Assembly: GCF_009914755.1 (NCBI RefSeq) | Contig: NC_060925.1 | Strand: one strand, 5' to 3' | Length of the DNA stretch: 64,000 bases | Source: the human T2T-CHM13v2.0 reference genome, Homo sapiens | Part shown: piece after piece, positions 1 through 13,600 of the stretch | Layout of the letters: every line of letters begins with the position of its first letter | Position numbering within the stretch: the stretch's first letter is position 1 | The notes under the pieces: model-generated | What the model saw: only the letters and a program-made list of their open reading frames with translations | The model's database searches: none | Told to the model about the DNA's origin: nothing | Made by a program: the position numbers and the translations under genes

Positions 1-482
1 CAACATCAAATGGAATCAAATGGAATAATTGAACGGAATTGAATGGAATCGTCATCGAATGAATTGAATGCAATCATCGAATGGTCTAGAATTGAATCAT
101 CTTCAAATGGAATGGAATGGAATCATCGCATAGAATCGAATGGAAGTATCATCGAATGGAATCGAATGGAATCAACATCAAACGGAAAAAAACGGAATTA
201 TCGAATGGAATCGAAGAGAATCATCGAATGGACCCGAATGGAATCATCTAATGGAATGGAATGGAATAATCCATGGACTCGAATGCAATCATCATCGAAT
301 GGAATCGAATGGAATCATCGAATGGACTCGAATGGAATAATCATTGAACGGAATCGAATGGAATCATCATCGGATGGAAATGAATGGAATCATCATCGAA
401 TGGAATCGAATAGAATTATGGAATGAAATCCAGTGTGATCATCATCGAATGGACCCGAATGGAATCATCATTCAACGGAAGC

Positions 483-493
483 TAATGGAATCA
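483..493 (+). promoter_or_regulatory. Candidate DUX4 double-homeodomain motif TAATGGAATCA; first copy shown, normally two per L module
   Basis: Exact match to the reported DUX4 consensus TAAYBBAATCA, in gcTAATGGAATCAac (483-493) and atcTAATGGAATCAtt (e.g. 3249-3259). DUX4 binding and activation of HSATII is established, but occupancy of these particular copies is not shown by the sequence. Confidence 0.5.
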
Positions 494-1190
494 ACATCGA
501 ATGAATCGAATGGAAACACCATCGAATTGAAACGAATGGAATTATCATGAAATTGAAATGGATGGACTCATCATCGAATGGATTCGAATGGAATCATCGA
601 ATAAAATTGATTGAAATCATCATCCAATGGAATCGAATGGTATCATTGAATGGAATCGAATGGAATCATCATCAGATGGAAATGAATGGAATCGTCATAG
701 AATGGAATCGAATGGATTCATTGAATGGAATCAGATGGAATCATCGAATGGACTGGAATGGAATCATTGAATGGACTCGAAAGGGATCATGATTGAATGG
801 AATTGAATGGAATCATCGAATGGTCTCGATTGGAATCATTAACAAATGGAATCGAATGGAATCACCGAATAGAATCGAATGGAACAATCATCGAATGGAC
901 TCAAATGGAATTATCCTCCAATGGAATCGAATGGAATTATCGAATGCAATCGAATGGAATTATCGAATGCAATCGAATAGAATCATCGAATGGACTCGAA
1001 TGGAATCATCGAATGGAATGGAATGGAACAGTCAAGGAACTCGAATGGAATCATCATTGAATGGAATCGAATGGAATCATCGAGTGGAATCGAATGGAAA
1101 TATGATCAAATGGAATCGAATATAATCATCATCAAATGGAATCAAAAATAACCATCATTAATTGGTATTGAATGGAATTCTCATCAAATG

Positions 1191-1196
1191 GAATTC
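1191..1196. other. Conserved EcoRI site (GAATTC), one per L module; first copy shown
   Basis: ggaattcaaagg recurs once in each L module. Sporadic extra sites occur at 1175, 4874, about 11950, 17650, 34458, about 39432 and 44664. Confidence 0.9.
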
Positions 1197-1379
1197 AAAG
1201 GAATCATCATCAAATGGAACTGAATGGAATCCTCATTGAATGGAAATGAAAGGGGTCATCATCTAATGGAATCGCATGGAATCATCATCAAATGGAATCG
1301 AATGGAATCATCATCAAATGGAATCTGATGGAATCATTGAACAGAATTGAATGGAATCGTCATCGAATGAATTGAATGC

Positions 1380-1673
1380 AATCATCGAATGGTCTCGAAT
1401 GTAATCACATTCTAATGGAAAGGAATGGAATCATCGCATAGAATCGAATGGAATTAACATTGAATGGACTCGAATGGAATCAACATCAAACGGAATCAAG
1501 CGGAATTATCGAATGGAATCGAAGAGAATCATCGAATGGTCTCGAATGGAATCATCTTCTAATGGAAAGGAATGGAATCATCGCATAGAATCGAATGGAA
1601 TTAACATTGAATGGACTCGAATGGAATCAACATCAAATGGAATCAAGCGGAATTATCGAATGAAATCGAAGAG
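1380..1673 (+). repeat. 147-bp (6-monomer) tandem duplication within a diverged A module
   Basis: aatcatcgaatggtctcgaatg...aatcaagcgg...gaagag occurs at 1380-1526 and again at 1527-1673. It explains the 1,923-bp period (1,776+147). Confidence 0.9.
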
Positions 1674-4600
1674 AATCATCGAATGGACTCGAATGGAATC
1701 ATCTAATGGAATGGAATGGAATAATCCACGGACTCGAATGCAATCATCATTGTATAGAATCGAATGGAATCATCGAATGGACTCGAATGGAATAAACATT
1801 GAACGGAATAGAATGGAATCATCATCGGAAGGAAACGAATGGAATCATCATCGAATGGAAATGTAAGGAGTCATCATCTAATGGAATTGCATGGAATCAT
1901 CATAAAATGGAATCGAATGGAATCATCATCAAATGGAATCAAATGGAATCATTGAACGGAATTGAATGGAATCGTCATCGAATGAATTGAATGCAATCAT
2001 CGAATGGTCTCGAATGGAATCATCTTCAAATGGAATGGAATGGAATCATCGCATAGAATCGAATGGAATTATCATCGAATGGAATCGAATGGAATCAACA
2101 TCAAACGGAAAAAAACGGAATTATCGAATGGAATCGAAGAGAATCTTCGAACGGACCCGAAAGGAATCATCTAATGGAATGGAATGGAATAATCCATGGA
2201 CTCGAATGCAATCATCATCGAATGGAATCGAATGGAATCATTGAATGGACTCGAATGGAATAATCATTGAACGGAATCGAATGTAATCATCATCGGATGG
2301 AAATGAATGGAATCATCATCGAATGGAATCGAATAGAATTATGGAATGAAATCCAGTGTGATCATCATCGAATGGACCCGAATGGAATCATCATCCAACG
2401 GAAGCTAATGGAATCAACATCGAATGAATCGAATGGAAACACCATCGAATTGAAACGAATGGAATTATCATGAAATTGAAATGGATGGACTCATCATCGA
2501 ATGGATTCGAATGGAATCATCGAATAAAATTGATTGAAATCATCATCGAATGGAATCGAATGGTATCATTGAATGGAATCGAATGGAATCGTCATCAGAT
2601 GGAAATGAATGGAATCGTCATAGAATGGAATCGAATGGATTCATTGAATAGAATCAGATGGAATCATCGAATGGACTGGAATGGAATCATTGAATGGACT
2701 CGAAAGGGATCATTATTGAATGGAATTGAATGGAATCATCGAATGGTCTCGATTGGAATCATTAACAAATGGAATCGAATGGAATCACCGAATAGAATCG
2801 AATGGAACAATCATCGAATGGACTCAAATGGAATTATCCTCAAATGGAATCGAATGGAATTATCGAATGCAATCGAATGGAATTATCGAATGCAATCGAA
2901 TAGAATCATCGAAAGGACTCGAATGGAATCATCGAATGGAATGGAATGGAACAGTCAATGAACTCGAATGGAATCATCATTGAATGGAATCGAATGGAAT
3001 CATCGAGTGGAATCGAATGGAATTATGATCAAATGGAATCGAATGTAATCATCATCAAATGGAATCAAAAATAACCATCATCAATTGGTATTGAATGGAA
3101 TTGTCATCAAATGGAATTCAAAGGAATCATCATCAAATGGAACCGAATGGAATCCTCATTGAATGGAAATGAAAGGGGTCATCATCTAATGGAATCGCAT
3201 GGAATCATCATCAAATGGAATCGAATGGAATCATCATCAAATGGAATCTAATGGAATCATTGAAAAGAATTGAATGGAATCATCATCGAATGAATTGAAT
3301 GCAATCATCGAAAGGTCTCGAATGGAATCATCTTCTAATGGAAAGGAATGGAATCATCGCATAGAATCGAATGGAATTATCATCGAATGGAATCGAATGG
3401 TATCAACACCAAACGGAAAAAAACGGAATTATCGAATGGAATCGAAGAGAATCTTCGAACGGACCCGAATTTAATGATCTAATGGAATGGAATGGAATAA
3501 TCCATGGATTCGAATGCAATCATCATCGAATGGAATCGAATGGAATCATCGAATGGACTCGAATGGAATAATCATTGAACGGAATCGAATGGAATCATCA
3601 TCGGATGGAAACGAATGGAATCATCATCGAATGGAAATGAAAGGAGTCATCATCTAATGGAATTGCATGGAATCATCATAAAATGGAATCGAATGGAATC
3701 AACATCAAATGGAATCAAATGGAATCATTGAACGGAATTGAATGGAATCGTCATCGAATGAATTGAATGCAATCATCGAATGGTCTCGAATGGAATCATC
3801 TTCACATGGAATGGAATGGAATCATCGCATAGAATCGAATGGAATTATCATCGAATGAAATCGAATGGAATCAACATCAAACGGAAAAAAACGGAATTAT
3901 CGAATGGAATCGAAGAGAATCATCGAATGGACCCGAATGGAATCATCTAATGGAATGGAATGGAATAATCCATGGACTCGAATGCAATCATCATCGAATG
4001 GAATCGAATGGAATCATCGAATGGACTCGAATGGAATAATCATTGAACGGAATCGAATGGAATCATCATCGGATGGAAATGAATGGAATCATCATCGAAT
4101 GGAATCGAATAGAATTATGGAATGAAATCCAGTGTGATCATCATCGAATGGACCCGAATGGAATCATCATCCAACGGAAGCTAATGGAATCAACATCGAA
4201 TGAATCAAATGGAAACACCATCGAATTGAAACGAATGGAATTACCATGAAATTGAAATGGATGGACTCATCATCAAATGGATTCGAGTGGAATCATCGAA
4301 TAAAATTGATTGAAATCATCATCAAATGGAATCGAATGGTATCATTGAATGGAATCGAATGGAATCATCATCAGATGGAAATGAAAGGAATCGTCATAGA
4401 ATGGAATTGAATGGATTCATTGAATGGAATCAGATGGAATCATTGAATGGACTGGAATGGAATCATTGAATGGACTCGAAAGGGATCATTATTGAATGGA
4501 ATTGAATGGAATCATCGAATGGTCTCGATTGGAATCATTATCAAATGGAATCGAATGGAATCACCAAATAGAATCGAATGGAACAATCATCGAATGGACT

Positions 4601-7600
4601 CAAATGGAATTATCCTCAAATGGAATTGAATGGAATTGTCGAATGCAATCGAATGGAATTATCGAATGCAATCGAATAGAATCATCGAATGGACTCGAAT
4701 GGAATCATCGAATGGAATGGAATGGAACAGTCAATGAACTCGAATGGAATCATCATTGAATGGAATCGAATGGAATCATCGAGTGGAATCGAATGGAATT
4801 ATGATCAAATGGAATCGAATGTAATCATCATCAAATGGAATCAAAAATAACCATCATCAATTGGTATTGAATGGAATTCTCATCAAATGGAATTCAAAGG
4901 AATCATCATCAAATGGAACCGAATGGTATCCTCATTGAATGGAAATGAAAGGGGTCATCATCTAATGGAATCGCATGGAATCATCATCAAATGGAATCGA
5001 ATGGAATCAACATCAAATGGAATCAAATGGAGTCATTGAACGGAATTGAATGGAATCGTCATCGAATGAATTGAATGCAATCATCTAATGGTCTCGAATG
5101 GAATCATCTTCAAATGGAATGGAATGGAATCATCGCATAGAATCGAATGGAATTATCATCGAATGGAATCGAATGGAATCAACATCAAACGGAAAAAAAC
5201 GGAATTATCGAATGGAATCGAAGAGAATCATCGAATGGACCCGAATGGAATCATCTAATGGAATGGAATGGAATAATCCATGGACTCGAATGCAATCATC
5301 ATCGAATGGAATCGAATGGAATCATCGAATGGACTCGAATGGAATAATCATTGAACGGAATCGAATGGAATCATCATCGGATGGAAACGAATGGAATCAT
5401 CATCGAATGGAATCGAATAGATTTATGGAATGAAATCCAGTGTGATCATCATCGAATGGACCCGAATGGAATCATCATCCAACGGAAGCTAATGAAATCA
5501 ACATCGAATGAATCAAATGGAAACACCATCGAATTGAAACGAATGGAATTACCATGAAATTGAAATGGATGGACTCATCATCAAATGGATTCGAATGGAA
5601 TCATCGAATAAAATTGATTGAAATCATCATCGAATGGAATCGAATGGTATCATTCAATGGAATCGAATGGAATCATCATCAGATGGAAATGAATGGAATC
5701 GTCATAGAATGGAATCGAATGGATTCATTGAATGGAATCAGATGGAATCATTGAATGGACTGGAATGGAATCATTGAATGGACTCGAAAGGGATCATGAT
5801 TGAATGGAATTGAATGGAATCATGGAATGGTCTCGATTGGAATCATTATCAAATGGAATCGAATGGAATCACCGAATAGAATCGAATGGAACAATCATCG
5901 AATGGACTCAAATGGAATTATCCTCCAATGGAATCGAATGGAATTATCGAATGCAATCGAATGGAATTATCGAATGCAATCGAATAGAATCATCGAAAGG
6001 ACTCGAATGGAATCATCGAATGGAATGGAATGGAACAGTCAATGAACTCGAATGGAATCATCATTGAATGGAATCGAATGGAATCATCGAGTGGAATCGA
6101 ATGGAATTATGATCAAATGGAATCGAATGTAATCATCATCAAATGGAATCAAAAATAACCATCATCAATTGGTATTGAATGGAATTGTCATCAAATGGAA
6201 TTCAAAGGAATCATCATCAAATGGAACCGAATGGAATCCTCATTGAATGGAAATGAAAGGGGTCATCATCTAATGGAATCGCATGGAATCATCATCAAAT
6301 GGAATCGAATGGAATCATCATCAAATGGAATCTAATGGAATCATTGAAAAGAATTGAATGGAATCATCATCGAATGAATTGAATGCAATCATCGAATGGT
6401 CTCGAATGGAATCATCTTCTAATGGAAAGGAATGGAATCATCGCATAGAATCGAATGGAATTATCATCGAATGGAATCGAATGGTATCAACACCAAACGG
6501 AAAAAAACGGAATTATCGAATGGAATCGAAGAGAATCTTCGAACGGACACGAATGGAATCATCTAATGGAATGGAATGGAATAATCCATGGACTCGAATG
6601 CAATCATCATCGAATGGAATCGAATGGAATCATCGAATGGACTCGAATGGAATAATCATTGAACGGAATCGAATGGAATCATCAACGGATGGAAACGAAT
6701 GGAATCATCATCGAATGGAAATGAAAGGAGTCATCATCTAATGGAATTGCATGGAATCATCATAAAATGGAATCGAATGGAATCAACATCAAATGGAATC
6801 AAATGGAATCATTGAACGGAATTGAATGGAATCGTCATCGAATGAATTGAATGCAATCATCGAATGGTCTCGAATGGAATCATCTTCAAATGGAATGGAA
6901 TGGAATCATCGCATAGAATCGAATGGAATTATCATCGAATGGAATCGAATGGAATCAACATCAAACGGAAAAAAACGGAATTATCGAATGGAATCGAAGA
7001 GAATCATCGAATGGACCCGAATGGAATCATCTAATGGAATGGAATGGAATAATCGATGGACTCGAATGCAATCATCATCGAATGGAATCGAATGGAATCA
7101 TCGAATGGACTCGAATGGAATAATCATTGAACGGAATCGAATGGAATCATCATCGGATGGAAATGAATGGAATCATCATCGAATGGAATCGAATAGAATT
7201 ATGGAATGAAATCCAGTGTGATCATCATCGAATGGACCCGAATGGAATCATCATCCAACGGAAGCTAATGGAATCAACATCGAATGAATCAAATGGAAAC
7301 ACCATCGAATTGAAACGAATGGAATTACCATGAAATTGAAATGGATGGACTCATCATCAAATGGATTCGAGTGGAATCATCGAATAAATTGATTGAAATC
7401 ATCATCGAATGGAATCGAATGGTATCATTGAATGGAATCGAATGGAATCATCATCAGATGGAAATGAAAGGAATCGTCATAGAATGGAATCGAATGGATT
7501 CATTGAATGGAATCAGATGGAATCATTGAATGGACTGGAATGGAATCATTGAATGGACTCGAAAGGGATCATTATTGAATGGAATTGAATGGAATCATCG

Positions 7601-10600
7601 AATGGTCTCGATTGGAATCATTATCAAATGGAATCGAATGGAATCACCGAATAGAATCGAATGGAACAATCATCGAATGGACTCAAATGAAATTATCCTC
7701 CAATGGAATCGAATGGAATTATCGAATGCAATCGAATGGAATTATCGAATGCAATCGAATAGAATCATCGAATGGACTCGAATGGAATCATCGAATGGAA
7801 TGGAATGGAACAGTCAATGAACTCGAATGGAATCATCATTGAATGGAATCGAATGGAATCATCGAGTGGAATCGAATGGAATTATGATCAAATGGAATCG
7901 AATGTAATCATCATCAAATGGAATCAAAAATAACCATCATCAATTGGTATTGAATGGAATTGTCATCAAATGGAATTCAAAGGAATCATCATCAAATGGA
8001 ACCGAATGGAATCCTCATTGAATGGAAATGAAAGGGGTCATCATCTAATGGAATCGCATGGAATCATCATCAAATGGAATCGAATGGAATCATCATCAAA
8101 TGGAATCTAATGGAATCATTGAAAGAATTGAATGGAATCATCATAGAATGAATTGAATGCAATCATCGACTGGTCTCGAATGGAATCATCTTCTAATGGA
8201 AAGGAATGGAATCATCGCATAGAATCGAATGGAATTATCATCGAATGGAATCGAATGGTATCAACACCCAACGGAAAAAAACGGAATTATCGAATGGAAT
8301 CGAAGAGAATCTTCGAACGGACCCGAATGGAATCATCTAATGGAATGGAATGGAATAATCCATGGACTCGAATGCAATCATCATCGAATGGAATCGAATG
8401 GAATCATCGAATGGACTCGAATGGAATAATCATTGAACGGAATCGAATGGAATCATCATCGGATGGAAACGAATGGAATCATCATCGAATGGAAATGAAA
8501 GGAGTCATCATCTAATGGAATTGCATGGAATCATCATAAAATGGAATCGAATGGAATCAACATCAAATGGAATCAAATGGAATCATTGAACGGAATTGAA
8601 TGGAATCGTCATCGAATGAATTGAATGCAATCATCTAATGGTCTCGAATGGAATCATCTTCAAATGGAATGGAATGGAATCATCGCATAGAATCGAATGG
8701 AATTATCATCGAATGGAATCGAATGGAATCAACATCAAACGGAAAAAAACGGAATTATCGAATGGAATCGAAGAGAATCATCGAATGGACCCGAATGGAA
8801 TCATCTAATGGAATGGAATGGAATAATCCATGGACTCGAATGCAATCATCATCGAATGGAATCGAATGGAATCATCGAATGGACTCGAATGGAATAATCA
8901 TTGAACGGAATCGAATGGAATCATCATCGGATGGAAATGAAAGGAGTCATCATCTAATGGAATTGCATGGAATCATCATAAAATGGAATCGAATGGAATC
9001 AACATCAAATGGAATCAAATGGAATCATTGAACGGAATTGAATGGAATCGTCATCGAATGAATTGAATGCAATCATCGAATGGTCTCGAATGGAATCATC
9101 TTCAAATGGAATGGAATGGAATCATCGCATAGAATCGAATGGAATTATCATCGAATGGAATCGAATGGAATCAACATCAAACGGAAAAAAACGGAATTAT
9201 CGAATGGAATCGAAGAGAATCATCGAATGGACCCGAATGGAATCATCTAATGGAATGGAATGGAATAATCCATGGACTCGAATGCAATCATCATCGAATG
9301 GAATCGAATGGAATCATCCAATGGACTCGAATGGAATAATCATTGAACGGAATCGAATGGAATCATCATCGGATGGAAATGAATGGAATCATCATCGAAT
9401 GGAATCGAATAGAATTATGGAATGAAATCCAGTGTGATCATCATCGAATGGACCCGAATGGAATCATCATCCAACGGATGCTAATGGAATCAACATCGAA
9501 TGAATCAAATGGAAACACCATCGAATTGAAACGAATGGAATTACCATGAAATTGAAATGGATGGACTCATCATCGAATGGATTTGAAAGGAATCATCGAA
9601 TAAAATTGATTGAAATCATCATCGAATGGAATCGAATGGTATCATTGAATGGAATCGAATGGAATCATCATCAGATGGAAATGAATGGAATCGTCATAGA
9701 ATGGAATCGAATGGATTCATTGAATGGAATCAGATGGAATCATCGAATGGACTGGAATGGAATCATTGAATGGACTCGAAAGAGATCATGATTGAATGGA
9801 ATTGAATGGAATCATCGAATGGTCTCGATTGGAATCATTATCAAATGGAATCGAATGGAATCACCGAATAGAATCGAATGGAACAATCATCGAATGGACT
9901 CAAATGGAATTATCCTCCAATGGAATCGAATGGAATTATCGAATGCAATCGAATGGAATTATCGAATGCAAACGAATAGAATCATCGAATGGACTCGAAT
10001 GGAATCATCGAATGGAATGGAATGGAACAGTCAATGAACTCGAATGGAATCATCATTGAATGGAATCGAATGGAATCATCGAGTGGAATCGAATGGAATT
10101 ATGATCAAATGGAATCGAATGTAATCATCATCAAATGGAATAAAAAATAACCATCATCAATTGCTATTGAATGGAATTGTCATCAAATGGAATTCAAAGG
10201 AATCATCATCAAATGGAACCGAATGGAATCCTGATTGAATGGAAATGACAGGGGTCATCATCTGATGGAATCGCATGGAATCATCATCAAATGGAATCGA
10301 ATGGAATCATCATCAAATGGAATCTAATGGAATCATTGAACGGAATTGAATGGAATCGTCATCGAATGAATTGACTGCAATCATCGAATGGTCTCGAATG
10401 GAATCATCTTCAAATGGAATGGAATGGAATCATCGCATAGAATCGAATGGAATTATCATCGAATGGAATCGAATGGTATCAACACCAAACGGAAAAAAAC
10501 GGAATTATCGAATGGAATCGAAGAGAATCTTCGAACGGACCCGAATGGAATCATCTAATGGAATGGAATGGAATGATCCATAGACTCGAATGCAATCATC

Positions 10601-13600
10601 ATCGAATGGAATCGAATGGAATCATCGAATGGACTCGAATGGAATAATCATTGAACGGAATCGAATGGAATCATCATCGGATGGAAACGAATGGAATCAT
10701 CATCGAATGGAAATGAAAGGAGTCATCATCTAATGGAATTGCATGGAATCATCATAAAATGGAATCGAATGGAATCAACATCAAATGGAATCAAATGGAA
10801 TCATTGAACGGAATTGAATGGAATCGTCATCGAATGAATTGACTGCAATCATCGAATGGTCTCGAATGGAATCATCTTCAAATGGAATGGAATGCAATCA
10901 TCGCATAGAATCGAATGGAATTATCATCGAATGGAATCGAATGGAATCAACATCAAACGGAAAAAAACAGAATTATCGTATGGAATCGAAGAGAATCATC
11001 GAATGGACCCGAATGGAATCATCTAATGGAATGGAATGGAATAATCCATGGACTCGAATGCAATCATCATCGAATGGAATCGAATGGAATCATCGAATGG
11101 ACTCGAATGGAATAATCATTGAACGGAATCGAATGGAATCATCATCGGATGGAAATGAATGGAATCATCATCCAATGGAATCGAATAGAATTATGGAATG
11201 AAATCCAGTGTGATCATCATCGAATGGACCCGAATGGAATCATCATCCAACGGAAGCTAATGGAATCAACATCGAATGAATCGAATGGAAACACCATCGA
11301 ATTGAAACGAATGGAATTATCATGAAATTGAAATGGATGGACTCATCATCGAATGGATTCGAATGGAATCATCGAATAAAATTGATTGAAATCATCATCC
11401 AATGGAATCGAATGGTATCATTGAATGGAATCGAATGGAATCATCATCAGATGGAAATGAATGGAATCGTCATAGAATGGAATCGAATGGATTCATTGAA
11501 TGGAATCAGATGGAATCATCGAATGGACTGGAATGGAATCATTGAATGGACTCGAAAGGGATCATGATTGAATGGAATTGAATGGAATCATCGAATGGTC
11601 TCGATTGGAATCATTAACAAATGGAATCGAATGGAATCACCGAATAGAATCGAATGGAACAATCATCGAATGGACTCAAATGGAATTATCCTCCAATGGA
11701 ATCGAATGGAATTATCGAATGCAATCGAATGGAATTATCGAATGCAATCGAATAGAATCATCGAATGGACTCGAATGGAATCATCGAATGGAATGGAATG
11801 GAACAGTCAAGGAACTCGAATGGAATCATCATTGAATGGAATCGAATGGAATCATCGAGTGGAATCGAATGGAAATATGATCAAATGGAATCGAATATAA
11901 TCATCATCAAATGGAATCAAAAATAACCATCATTAATTGGTATTGAATGGAATTCTCATCAAATGGAATTCAAAGGAATCATCATCAAATGGAACTGAAT
12001 GGAATCCTCATTGAATGGAAATGAAAGGGGTCATCATCTAATGGAATCGCATGGAATCATCATCAAATGGAATCGAATGGAATCATCATCAAATGGAATC
12101 TGATGGAATCATTGAACAGAATTGAATGGAATCGTCATCGAATGAATTGAATGCAATCATCGAATGGTCTCGAATGTAATCACATTCTAATGGAAAGGAA
12201 TGGAATCATCGCATAGAATCGAATGGAATTAACATTGAATGGACTCGAATGGAATCAACATCAAATGAAATCAAGCGGAATTATCGAATGAAATCGAAGA
12301 GAATCATCGAATGGACTCGAATGGAATCATCTAATGGAATGGAATGGAATAATCCACGGACTCGAATGCAATCATCATTGTATAGAATCGAATGGAATCA
12401 TCGAATGGACTCGAATGGAATAACCATTGAACGGAATAGAATGGAATCATCATCGGAAGGAAACGAATGGAATCATCATCGAATGGAAATGTAAGGAGTC
12501 ATCATCTAATGGAATTGCATGGAATCATCATAAAATGGAATCGAATGGAATCATCATCAAATGGAATCAAATGGAATCATTGAACGGAATTGAATGGAAT
12601 CGTCATCGAATGAATTGAATGCAATCATCGAATGGTCTCGAATGGAATCATCTTCAAATGGAATGGAATGGAATCATCGCATAGAATCGAATGGAATTAT
12701 CATCGAATGGAATCGAATGGTATCAACATCAAACGGAAAAAAACGGAATTATCGAATGGAATCGAAGAGAATCTTCGAACGGACCCGAAAGGAATCATCT
12801 AATGGAATGGAATGGAATAATCCATGGACTCGAATGCAATCATCATCGAATGGAATCGAATGGAATCATTGAATGGACTCGAATGGAATAATCATTGAAC
12901 GGAATCGAATGGAATCATCATCGGATGGAAATGAATGGAATCATCATCGAATGGAATCGAATAGAATTATGGAATGAAATCCAGTGTGATCATCATCGAA
13001 TGGACCCGAATGGAATCATCATCCAACGGAAGCTAATGGAATCAACATCGAATGAATCGAATGGAAACACCATCGAATTGAAACGAATGGAATTATCATG
13101 AAATTGAAATGGATGGACTCATCATCGAATGGATTCGAATGGAATCATCGAATAAAATTGATTGAAATCATCATCGAATGGAATCGAATGGTATCATTGA
13201 ATGGAATCGAATGGAATCGTCATCAGATGGAAATGAATGGAATCCTCATAGAATGGAATCGAATGGATTCATTGAATAGAATCAGATGGAATCATCGAAT
13301 GGACTGGAATGGAATCATTGAATGGACTCGAAAGGGATCATTATTGAATGGAATTGAATGGAATCATCGAATGGTCTCGATTGGAATCATTATCAAATGG
13401 AATCGAATGGAATCACCGAATAGAATCGAATGGAACAATCATCGAATGGACTCAAATGGAATTATCCTCAAATGGAATCGAATGGAATTATCGAATGCAA
13501 TCGAATGGAATTATCGAATGCAATCGAATAGAATCATCGAAAGGACTCGAATGGAATCATCGAATGGAATGGAATGGAACAGTCAATGAACTCGAATGGA

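Noticed and set aside
1380-1673. The 147-bp duplication equals the nucleosome core length
   Set aside because: 147 is simply six monomers (26+23+26+26+23+23). It is a single instance with no evidence of nucleosome-guided breakpoints.
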